Source of the DNA: Macrostomum lignano
Lineage: Eukaryota
Assembly: GCA_002269645.1 (NCBI GenBank)
Contig: NIVC01001014.1
Span: 186,001 to 250,000, forward strand
Length of the DNA: 64,000 nucleotides
Direction: 5' to 3'
Position 1 is the first letter of the stretch; each line of letters starts with the position of its first letter. This document shows, piece after piece, positions 13,561 to 39,586 of the stretch. The position numbers and the translations under genes were made by a program. Under the pieces are notes generated by a model. The model was not told the DNA's origin and ran no database searches. It saw only the letters and a list, made by a program, of their open reading frames with translations.

Positions 13561-13870
13561 GGGGATTGTAGTTTAGTGGTTAGAGCGTTGGACTAACGAT
13601 TTGAAGGTCGGGGGTTCGATTCCCGATCCCGCTGGAACAATCTGTGTCCTTGAGCAAGACACTTAACTCTGCATTGCTTCAGCTCACTCAGCTGTAAAAT
13701 GGGTGCCAGCATTAGCTGGGGTAACTGAGGCTGCGTGTGGCGACCCCCCAGTCCTTGGACTGAACAGCCGTACGCAGCCTTCAGATGCGCCGCGCAATAG
13801 CTGCGGCTGAGCTGTCGGTTGCACATCTGGTCTAATTGGGACAGGTGCAATTAATTATTATTATTATTAA
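13561..13870 (+). mobile_element. tRNA-derived SINE with CORE(MIR)-like central domain and (TTA)n tail
   Basis: A box TAGTTTAGTGG, B box GGTTCGATTCC, core CTGTGTCCTTGAGCAAGACACTTAAC...CTGTAAAATGGG (13642-13703), TTA tail; second copy at 50294. Confidence 0.85.
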
Positions 13871-14379
13871 ATTATTTATTCGTTAAAGCCACTTATTTAA
13901 ATCTGTGCCATAAGTACGAAGTTGTACACGCGAGCGAAAACACACAACGATGCAGTCCAACAATGCAAATTGAATTGTGAGAATTACTAGCAGCAACCTG
14001 TGCTGCACTTGGGCCTCAGAATAAAATTGAGAATAAAATCTCTGGTTAAAATCTAGCAATAAATTAAAGCACTTCTGCACGCTCTAATTAAGTGTAATGA
14101 GAATCATTGACTTTTCATGAATCGAAAATGCTTGTAGACACACAACGAAGCAATTATATTAATAAATCTGATCTGATTAATTATTTGAACATAAATTCAT
14201 TGACTGAATGCCATACCGATAGGTTAAAAGTAAGCTAGACGAGCCGATTAACGGCTGAATTGGTGCACAAAAATGTAGACAGGATTCTTTTAACTTGCTG
14301 AACTCTAAACCACCTACATGTACAAGATGGGACAACTGGTACCGCTCAATAAAACTGAATGACTAGAACAAACAACTTT

Positions 14380-14630
14380 CAGACAATCAGAGCCAATCAG
14401 AACCAATCAGAACCAACCAGAGCCAATCAGAGCCAATCAGAACCAACCAGAGCCAATCAGAGCCAATCAGAACCAACCAGAACCAACCAGAGCCAATCAG
14501 AGCCAATCAGAACCAACCAGAGCCAACCAGAGCCAATCAGAACTAATCAGAACCAACCAGAGCCAATCAGAGCCAATCAGAACCAATCAGAACCAATCAG
14601 AGCCAACCAGAGCCAATCAGAGCCAATCAA
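14380..14630. repeat. 10-bp tandem repeat (A[G/A]CCAA[T/C]CAG)
   Basis: Direct reading. Confidence 0.95.
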
Positions 14631-15075
14631 AATTAATCAACAACAATCATAAACCAATCAACAACAATCATAAACCAATCAACAACAATCATAAACCAAT
14701 CAACAACAATCATAAACCAATCAACAACAATCATAAACCAATCAACAACAATCATAAACCAATCAACAACAATCATAAACCAATCAACAACAATCATAAA
14801 CCAATCAACAACAATCATAAACCAATCAACAACAATCATAAACCAATCAACAACAATCATAAACCAATCAACAACAATCATAAACCAATCAACAAAATCA
14901 TAAACCAATCAACAACCAATCAACAACAATCATAAACCAATCAACAACAATCATAAACCAATCAACAACAATCATAAACCAATCAACAACAATCATAAAC
15001 CAATCAACAACAATCATAAACCAATCAACAACCACAATAAGCAAATCAACAACCATAATAAACCAATCAAAAACA
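14631..15075. repeat. 21-bp tandem repeat (AACCAATCAACAACAATCATA)
   Basis: Direct reading; gives the 7-aa periodic ORF VVDWFMI. Confidence 0.95.
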
Positions 15076-15187
15076 GTCAGAACCAATATACAAACAAAGT
15101 TGAAGGGCTAAACATTAAAACAAACAGCCAATCAGCGACAACCAAGCAAACAGGACGATTCGGAATCAACTTCCAGGCTCAACAAAG

Positions 15188-30290
<15,103 letters not shown>

Positions 30291-30294
30291 CTGG

Positions 30295-30555
30295 GTGAGT
30301 GAGGGATGTTTGTGGGTGAGTGAGGGATGCTTGTGGGTGAGTGAGGGATGCTTGTGGGTGAATGAGGGATGCTTGTGGGTGAATTAGGGGCTTGTGGGCG
30401 AATGAGGGATGCTTGTGGGTGAATTAGGGATGCTTGTGGGTGAATGAGGGATGTTTGTGGGTGAATGAGGGATGCTTGTGGGTGAATGAGGGATGTTTGT
30501 GGGTGAATGAGGGATGTTTGTGGGTGAATGAGGGATGTTTGTGGGTGAATGAAGG
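30295..30555. repeat. 21-bp minisatellite (GTGGGTGAATGAGGGATGCTT)
   Basis: Direct reading; abuts the acceptor of the L1 exon. Confidence 0.93.
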
Positions 30556-32844
30556 AAGCTGGAACGGAAGCGATGTGTAGGTGTCTGAACAATTCAGCTA
30601 ATTTAGAAGTGTGCCCCATACAGTAAGCTCATATTTTTTTCCTTCATATTCGCACCAAAATCGTTTTTTTACTTCAATTCCTTCTAGCTCTTGGTTTATA
30701 ATCCGGTTAATCCTGACAGAAGCTCCCACTTCTGTGGCTTAGTTACATCAGCGGTGTATTTCTCACACCTGAGCTGTAGGGCATTCAGTGTAGTGAAATT
30801 ATGATTAACTTAATTTATTTGAAGTAGCATTTTGTCATTTTTGTTAAAGATAGGAAGCCATTTTCTCTACAACCTTAATCTCGTTTAGCGACTTGAAATT
30901 ATAATTAGTCTAGTTTAGGCACCTAATAAAAATTTGAATTTCTTTTAGCCAGGAAAATTCATGATAGTGGCATTGATGATGATGATGATGCTAAATGGTG
31001 CAAAATCTTGCTTGGAAGAAATAAATCTTAATACGTTGTATGGTCATCGAAACAGCACTACTCGTTCCTTGAATTACTTAATTCTGTAAACGTAAAATGA
31101 TAGTCTTCAATCATGCCAGCTACATGTATATATAGTATACAGTTAGTTTAAAGTGTGTCTCGTAGAGTGCAGCTTAGTTTTTTTGCTGCTGACGCGTTAT
31201 GGCCGCAGCCTCCCACAGGTGCCTCAGGTGTGCGTGTTTTTTTAGGCGTCGTTAATCGCATTTGCCACGCCGCACGCACATAAGGTCCTGTGTAATCTCA
31301 CCTGTTTGACGCGTTTCGGGCAGCTGCCTAATTTACCTTGCTAACCCAGTCACATACAACTAAATATACATCTACATATAAGTTGCCACAGAAGTAATTC
31401 CGGGGTAAATTTAAAATAAATAATGTTTGGCAAAACCTCCTGTTCGTCACACATTCTAATGTATACGAGCGTTCCAAGTACATGTAAGTTAATGAAGTGC
31501 TAAGTGAAAATATCAAATACTAAATCTACATGCTATTAGGTCGCTTGTCGAAAGACTTCACAGTCTTCCGGTAAAACGGACTAAAGCACTATCAAAAATG
31601 TTTTAACACGCGCAGTGCTAAAACGTTCAGTGGTATGAATGTACAAATATGAAAACCAACGTACTAAAAAGTTTAGCGGCTTACTTTCTGACGAAAATCG
31701 CGAAGCAGAAGCAAGTAAAATCTGTGTGACGGCAATCAAAAATCGATGAAGCTGGTTCAAAGCAGGCTAAAATTGTTCGATGGGAATAAATGTTGCAAGA
31801 TGGTTGGTAATGCGCATTGAAAATAAGAAAGATGCGTTAAATTAAAAAAATGTATATGAGCAAGAACCATGAATTTATTTGCTGCTTTCTACGAAACAAA
31901 AATTGCAGCATATCTAAATAATGAAAACATGGTACAACCATGAGCAAGTACTCTCACTTACAGAAGTGCACCTCGACCGCATTGTCAGTTTCATTTCGTT
32001 TCAGAAAAAGAAAGTATTCACATATCTCAAAGTTAGTAATATCTATGTAATTGTGTTTAGTTTAAGTAAAGAAAAGCCGCAACTTTTATCGTTAATTAAA
32101 AAAATCAGTTTGATATACGACAGCTAGTCTGGCAACTAGATTAACGTGATTGAAGTTTGAATTTTCACTCGGCAAATTATCGCATTCGGAGAAATGAAAT
32201 TGTAAAGAATAACAAAGATGCTGACATTCATAATGTTGTGCTCTAAAATCAACTGCACAATGACAAAAGGTGAGCAAACACTATTAAAACATTACTTTAA
32301 TATTTCTAGATGATTGCCCGCCAATAAAAAAAATTGTGTAAAAGTTTTAAACTTTTATTGTTAGATTTTGTATAAACTGTTGATGATTGATTTAGTTATC
32401 CTGATCAATCAATCTACAATCATCACTAGTGGCTGTTCTAGTTCCAGTTCCAGCCCCAGCGCAAGAAGTCGGCTGCTAACTGTCATTAAATATTTTTTTA
32501 GCATAGACATGGGCCCAAATCAGGGTTTACGACCATGCATGAGGTTGGCGGTATGATAACAAGAGTGCGCGACTGAGGGTAGGAGAGGAGGTTAGAATGT
32601 GAGCGGCGGACCAATCAGAAGGGAGGAAAGAACGAAAGGATAGAAAGACAGGTCTTATAAGTAAGACAGGTGAGGTTGACGCACATAGAGCGCGGACCAA
32701 ACTGATCCAAACTCGCTAATTTATATTACATGTTAAAACAAATACTATAGGCCTAACAGGAATACATTAACAAGTAGAACAATCAAATACATTACATACT
32801 CAATAAGCAAACACTATCAGATCCATTATTACTGCGGTTTCGAT

Positions 32845-32925
32845 GTTTGTCGCCGAAGTGGTTGTCGCCGAAATGACTTGTCGCCAAAATGGTTGTCGCC
32901 GAAATGACTTGTCGCCGAAATAGAC
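32845..32925. repeat. Short TTGTCGCCGAAATG repeat cluster, possibly the subterminal repeats of a DNA transposon end
   Basis: Five near-copies; no partner end found. Confidence 0.4.
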
Positions 32926-33218
32926 CGGATTCTTTCCAGATATAAGCCTCATTATTTGTTATGTATTTTGGACTCCAAGTTGGAGAATAGATTTTTAGAC
33001 CTTGGCTTGCTGCTTGGCTTGGCCTATAGCTACAAGCCTACAAGTCAAATTAAAAAAATATAATGCCAAGCCAAGAGCCAAGATAATCAATATTCAAGAG
33101 AAAATATTTTACATAGGGCCTATTCCCTCAAAAAATCATTCAACCATTTTTATTTAGGTAGATAAAAATCTACATTTTTGTCTAATCTATTTTTGGCCTA
33201 AGTATTTTTACTATGGGG

Positions 33219-33422
33219 CAGGGGCATAGCCAGGGGGGATCATGGGGGTCATGACCCCCCCCCCTGCCAGCCAGCTGATCCAGGCCAAATTTTTAGGCCC
33301 CCTTAGGCCCTCCCTCATTGCAGAGGCCTAGCAGTGCTAGCACCCCTTGCCCCCAGTTGCTGCTATGTGCCTGTGACTAACTATGACCTTCTCCCTAGAA
33401 GGAAATCCTGGCTATACCACTG
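33219..33422. mobile_element. hAT-type MITE, 204 bp
   Basis: TIRs CAGGGGCATAGCCAGG / CCTGGCTATACCACTG (14/16 match); 8-bp TSD CTATGGGG / CTATGGGA (7/8 match). Confidence 0.88.
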
Positions 33423-34487
33423 CTATGGGATATAGACTAGGCCTAGTATACTGTATAGGCAGTATAGCCTAGGCCTACATTGAATATCTCAAAATTCAAA
33501 AGCGTTTATGGCTAGGCCTATGCCTAGTTAGCACCTATATGACTTGGTTTTTGTAGCCAAGTTTCATAATATATATTTCTGCTATATTATATTCTTTTCT
33601 TCAATTTTATAAATGTAAGATTAGTAGGGCTATGTTTAGGTCTAACAAAATAGTTTTACTAGAGGGCCTATTAGGGGCCTAGTATAATATTATTATTATT
33701 GGTCAATAGGCCATTGTTATTTGGCAATGCAATTGCCAAAAAAGAAAAAAATACATAAATAAAAATAATAATGGAAAAATAGACCTAAATAAATGCAAAT
33801 AGTAGCTAAGGTTTTTAGACTACTATATTAAAATGATCCAAGTTATAGCTTGAGATATAAAATTATATTTTTATAAAAAAAAACTAAATTTAATTGTCAT
33901 ATCCTAATGAAAAAATTATAAATTTGCATTTATTAATACTAATGAAATATTATATTATTTAATATTTTTTTTCAATTACTAGTCATGGTTTTTAAACCTG
34001 ATTTTGAGAGCTAAAATCTTATTTATAGTACTAAATTAATAATAGTATGAAAATATCTTTAATGATTAAAAACTTTTAAATTCCTGTCTTTCTCAAAATC
34101 ATTTCTTAGTTATACTTGATTAATCTTATAATGGTATTGACAGTTGGTTTTATGGCTCTGGGTTATTTTTGTGAACCTCTTTGACTAAAGAGCTAATTAT
34201 ACTACTGATTTCAAATGTTATCAATAAGTTATTTTGTCTTTATTAAATACCATAGTATAAATAAACAAAAGTTATATTGATATTCATATAAAGTATTTTA
34301 TTCCATCATTTTAAAACTATTAAAAACTTAATTATATAAAATAAAGTTTGATCAACTGATGCCTTTCCAGGCTTGGGGCAATAATCCTATTATATTTGTT
34401 CCTGTTTATGAAATACAGATACAAAAACCAACTTAATCTTTCCCCATTGACAGTGGCAAGCATAAGAAATACCAAGTAGAGAATCAA

Positions 34488-36800
34488 ATGAACAACAAGT
34501 TTCAACAGTCGCCAAGAGGCAGCCATCGCGGCGGCAGTCGCCGGCCTAGCACTACTAGCAGGGGAGGCAGCATCAGAGCTGGCAGTCACAGTCGCGGTCG
34601 GGGCAGTCAAAATCATGGCAGCCATTCAACAGCGCCCGACGCTGCCCTACACGGCACCAGAGGCGGGGGTGTTGTCAGCAGAGCCAGGGGTTTGTTGTCC
34701 TATCGTCGCATAGGCAATGCCCAACAGCAGCAGCGTTTCAGTAGTGCCGCTTCGTCTTACTGGCAGCAGCAGCAGCAGCAGCAGTATCAGCAGGTTTCAC
34801 AGTCGTCGGCCTCCTCGATGATGACAATGCCGCCACCTTCAGCGCCGCCGCCACAGAGGCCGTGGCAGCAGCGTCAGCAGCAGCAGCAGCAGCAGCTGCG
34901 CGGCCGAGGATCCCCGAGCCGTCAAAAACGCTACGCTGGTCGACGTCGTGTCTCCGCATCGAACGCTGCATCTTCATCTCAGCAGCATCAGCATCAGTCC
35001 TCGTCAACAGCTTCCACTTCAACGACGTCAACTTCGGCTGCCGTAGTTGATCCGCTCAATCTGCGCTGGGTGGCCGCTGAAAGCGAGCGTCGGGCGCGAC
35101 GTGGTCACTCGCCGCTGCCTGGCGATAGTCCCGAGCCGGAGCCTCCGTCCGCGAATCAGCAGCAGCAACAGCAGCAGCAGAAATTCGTAGCCATGTACGG
35201 AAATTTCCGGGCCGATTATAACAGGCAGACGCGCGGGGCTAGCGAGTTTAATATTGGTCAGATGCAGGACGACCGGCTGCAACTGCTGCAGCAGGATTGG
35301 TACACGGGCAGGGACGTGTTGGATATCGGCTGCAACGACGGCGTATTCTCAATGCGCATTGCCGAGGCTATGGGAGTTAAATCTTTGACTGGTCTGGACA
35401 TTGACGAGGAGCTGGTGCGCACTGCCCAGAGCAATCTTGAGGATCGCCTGCGCGAGCTTGAGAAAGAGGAGGAAGGCAAGGTGAGAAACGTTTGTTTGAG
35501 GCTGGGTTACTCGCGAATAATAGCTACTGACAGTAGTGTCATGGCTCTGCACCCCATATTTTCGGTTTGTTGGGTCACCCGTAATCCTCCCAGATCCTTA
35601 GTTACTGAGCCACCAGCCTCCCAGATCCTCATTTGCTGGGCCAGCCTCCCAGATCCTCAGTTGCTGGGCCAGCCTCCCAGAGTTTCAGTTGCTGGGCCAG
35701 CCTCCCAGAGTGTCAGTTGCTGGGCCAGCCTCCCAGAGTGTCAGTTGCTGGGCCAGCCTCCCAGATCATCAGTTGCTGGGCCAGCCTCCCAGATCATCAG
35801 TTGCTGGGCCAGCCTCCCAGATCCTCAGTTGCTGGGCCAGCCTCCCAGAGTTTCAGTTGCTGGGCCAGCCTCCCAGAGTGTCAGTTGCTGGGCCAGCCTC
35901 CCAGAGTGTCAGTTGCTGGGCCAGCCTCCCAGATCATCAGTTGCTGGGCCAGCCTCCCAGATCCTCAGTTGCTGGGCCAGCCTCCCAGATGCTCAAAAAT
36001 GAAGTTAAACTACTATGAGTAGAGTAAACTGCAGTTCGAAACCCTACCAGTAAACGAATCTTTCCCACCCGCAGTCGCCGGACCGCGGCGGTTTCCCCTA
36101 CAACATAACCTTTAAAGCCGGCAATTACGTGTTAGAAAACGAGTCGGACTTGGCGAGAGTCGAAGAGAACAAATACGACGTGATCCAAGCGTTCAGCATC
36201 ACGAAATGGATCCATCTGAACTGGGGCGACAGAGGCCTGAAATTATTCTTTAAACGGGCCTACCGCGAGCTGAGGCCCGACGGCAAATTCATAGTTGAGC
36301 CGCAGCCATACAAGTCCTATCAGCGCACTCTGCTATGCCCAACTCACAAGCAAAACTATGCCAGCAATATTGAATTGAAGCCGGAACAGTTTAAACAATA
36401 TTTGGAACGAGAAGTTGGATTTGCTCACATTGTGTCAGTCTGGGAGCAGCAGCAGTGTCACGGATTCCAACAGCCATTGCTGCTGTGCTCGAAGCCGTCC
36501 GGCCGTACGCCAGCCCTGGCCCGGGAGCCGTCGCAGCACAATTTCCGTCTATTCGTGCCCTCGCATCCTCTGCGTGCTCAACTGAATCCGTCACCATATC
36601 AGACGGATTCAATTGATCAGTTTTATATTGATAATGGCAATGGCGGGCCGGAGGATATGCTGCTCTACGATAATGAAGACGATGCTGCCGCTGATGATGG
36701 AGCAGACGGTGTCAAGTCCAGTTCAGTTGAACAGTCTGACGATACTGCCAAGTCTGCAACTGTTGATGATGAAGCTAAAGATGCTGGGGATGCTGAGTGA
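34488..36800 (+). CDS. MEPCE: 7SK snRNA methylphosphate capping enzyme (Bin3 family); join(34488..35480,36075..36800), 572 aa
   Basis: YGNF, DDRLQLL..DW..GRDVLDIGCNDG, GLDID..LV..A, FPYNITF..GNYVL, YDVI..FSITKWIHLNWGD.GL..FF.R.Y..LRP.G.FIVEPQPY.SY; phase-0 GT-AG intron. Confidence 0.95.
35590..35992 (+). repeat. 28-bp minisatellite (GTTGCTGGGCCAGCCTCCCAGATCCTCA) in the MEPCE intron
   Basis: Direct reading; its reverse complement forms the array at 53790-54652. Confidence 0.95.
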
Positions 36801-36944
36801 TGTTTTATTTATTAGTACCAGTAACTGTTGCCCATGAATCGCATGCATCTTTCATTTAAAGCGTAATTGTTTAGCACCTTCACAGTTCTCTTATTTGTAT
36901 GGCTTTGAAAATTATGCTGAATTGGCCTGCTAAACATAACTATT

Positions 36945-37540
36945 AGGAAATCGCCCCTAAAATCTAAGAATCGCCCCTAAAACCCTAATCTAAAAGAATC
37001 GCCCCTAAAATCTAATCTAAAAGAATCGCCCCTAAAACCCTAATATAAAAGAATCGCCCCTAAAACCCTAAACTAAAATAATCGCCCCTAAAATCTAGTC
37101 TAAAAGAATCGCCCCTAAAATCTAATCTAAAAGAATCGCCCCTAAAATCTAATCTAAAACAATTGCCCCCTAAAATCTTATCTAAAACAATCGCCCCCTA
37201 AAATCTAATCTGAAAGAATGGCCCCTAAAAGCCTAATCTAAAAATATCGCCCCTAAAATCTAATCTAAAAGAATGGCCCCTAAAATCTAATCTAAAAATA
37301 TCGCCCCTAAAATCTAATCTAAAAGAATGGCCCCTAAAATCTAATCTAAAAGAATCGCCCCTAAAATCTAATCTAAAAGAATGGCCCCTAAAATCTAATC
37401 TAAAAGAATCGCCCCTATAACCCTAATCTAAAAGAATCGCCCCTAAAACCCTAATCTAAAAGAATCGCCCCTAAAGCCTAATCTAAAAGAATCGCCCCTA
37501 AAATCTAATCTGAAAGAATGGCCCTAAAACCCTAATCTAC
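36945..37540. repeat. ~27-28-bp repeat (GAATCGCCCCTAAAATCTAATCTAAAA)
   Basis: Direct reading. Confidence 0.93.
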
Positions 37541-38124
37541 TATGTCACTGTTTGCTAAAGAATGTGCAAAACATTTAAATTTTATTTTTGCAATTTTAAA
37601 AAGTACGAATGTTGGCATTAAAGTTTTGCATATTTTTATTATGCTTATATACATGTAGTTACTTTAATTAGTTAAATTCATTACACTCGTAGTAATAAGT
37701 ATTCTATTGTACTATTTTTCCGTACTGTATTAACAATCATAAATTATAGTACTTATAGTAGCGCACTCCAGTACAACACGTTGCCTTTGCTTTTAAGTGC
37801 TGTTGTTGCTATGCTAAATTCAGTTGGCAGCTAACTCTGCTAGCCTTTGCTTCTTGATAATTCTTTCCTGGCGTTCAGGTGTTTGCTTTGTTTGTAAGCA
37901 AATATTTTATTTCATTTTTCTGTATATAAATGTACTGTTAGTGTTTGCTTATCATTTGCTGCATTATAAATATAAATATATTATATTCGTCACTGAATTG
38001 TTATGTTGCCAATTTAGTGACTTAATTAGGCTGATCTTGGCTCGGCATTATATTGTATCGCATATTCAATCTAATGGTGTTCACTCGAGTTAATAATTTC
38101 ATAGTCAATTAGTTCTACAGGTTC

Positions 38125-39155
38125 TGTGTCGAGAGTGAGTTCTGCTGTAGATCTGTGTACTCGAGTGAGTTCTGCTGTAGATCTGTGTACTCGAGTGAGC
38201 TCTGCTGTAGATCTGTGTACTCGAGTGAGTTCTGCTGTAGATCTATGTACTCGAGTGAGCTCTGCTGTAGATCTGTGTACTTGAGTGAGCTCTGCTGTAG
38301 ATCTGTGTACTCGAGTGAGTTCTGCTGTAGATCTGTGTACTCGAGTGAGCTCTGCTGTAGATCTGTGTACTTGAGTGAGCTCTGCTGTAGATCTGTGTAC
38401 TCGAGTGAGCTCTGCTGTAGGTCTGTGTACTTGAGTGAGCTCTGCTGTAGATCTGTGTACTCGAGTGAGCTCTGCTGTAGATCTGTGTACTTGAGTGAGC
38501 TCTGCTGTAGATCTGTGTACTCGAGTGAGCTCTGCTGTAGGTCTGTGTACTTGAGTGAGCTCTGCTGTAGATCTGTGTACTTGAGTGAGCTCTGCTGTAG
38601 GTCTGTGTACTTGAGTGAGCTCTGCTGTAGATCTGTGTACTTGAGTGAGCTCTGCTGTAGATCTGTGTACTTGAGTGAGCTCTGCTGTAGATCTGTGTAC
38701 TTGAGTGAGCTCTGCTGTAGATCTGTGTACTTGAGTGAGCTCTGCTGTAGATCTGTGTACTCGAGTGAGCTCTGCTGTAGATCTGTGTACTTGAGTGAGC
38801 TCTGCTGTAGATCTGTGTACTTGAGTGAGCTCTGCTGTAGATCTGTGTACTTGAGTGAGCTCTGCTGTAGATCTGTGTACTTGAGTGAGCTCTGCTGTAG
38901 ATCTGTGTACTTGAGTGAGCTCTGCTGTAGATCTGTGTACTCGAGTGAGCTCTGCTGTAGATCTGTGTACTTGAGTGAGCTCTGCTGTAGATCTGTGTAC
39001 TCAAGTGAGCTCTGCTGTAGATCTGTGTACTTGAGTGAGCTCTGCTGTAGATCTGTGTACTCGAGTGAGCTCTGCTGTAGATCTGTGTACTTGAGTGAGC
39101 TCTGCTGTAGATCTGTGTACTTGAGTGAGTTCTGCTGTAGGTCTGTGTACTCGGT
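38125..39155. repeat. Highly homogeneous 30-bp minisatellite (T[C/T]GAGTGAGCTCTGCTGTAGATCTGTGTAC), roughly 34 copies
   Basis: Direct reading. Confidence 0.98.
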
Positions 39156-39586
39156 TGAGCACTGCAGATCAATTGTTTTGTTGATGCCACTGTTAAAACT
39201 ACAATAGTATGTTAATGCTGTTGTTATGGAGAGCTGAAAACAATTTAGTCAGTTAATATTAATTGATTCTCATCATAGCGGCTATACAATGCCTTTCTGT
39301 CAATCCTTATTCGAGTGAATCTACTGCGTTCAGTGAGCAACTACTCGTACAATTAGATAATTGACTAAGCGCTTATTGTTATTAGCAAACAATAGAATTC
39401 CTTCATCATGGCATGGCTGAGAAGTTTCCTACAATGCTGAGAATATTGATTCTCATGCAAAACATCCTCATAAGCAGCATTCGTAGACAAAAGCATAAAT
39501 TATCAAAAAATACTCGCTCGTCTATAAGAATGAGGAAACTTGGCCTTTTCTAGCTTGCTTTTCTGAGCTCCCAGAAGACAAGAAGA

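Noticed and set aside
13561-13635. tRNA gene (also at 50294)
   Set aside because: A and B boxes are present, but the sequence continues into a shared SINE body and tail and I could not build a clean cloverleaf.
36945-37540. Telomeric repeat
   Set aside because: CCCTAA occurs only as part of a 27-28-bp unit; there is no tandem (TTAGGG)n.
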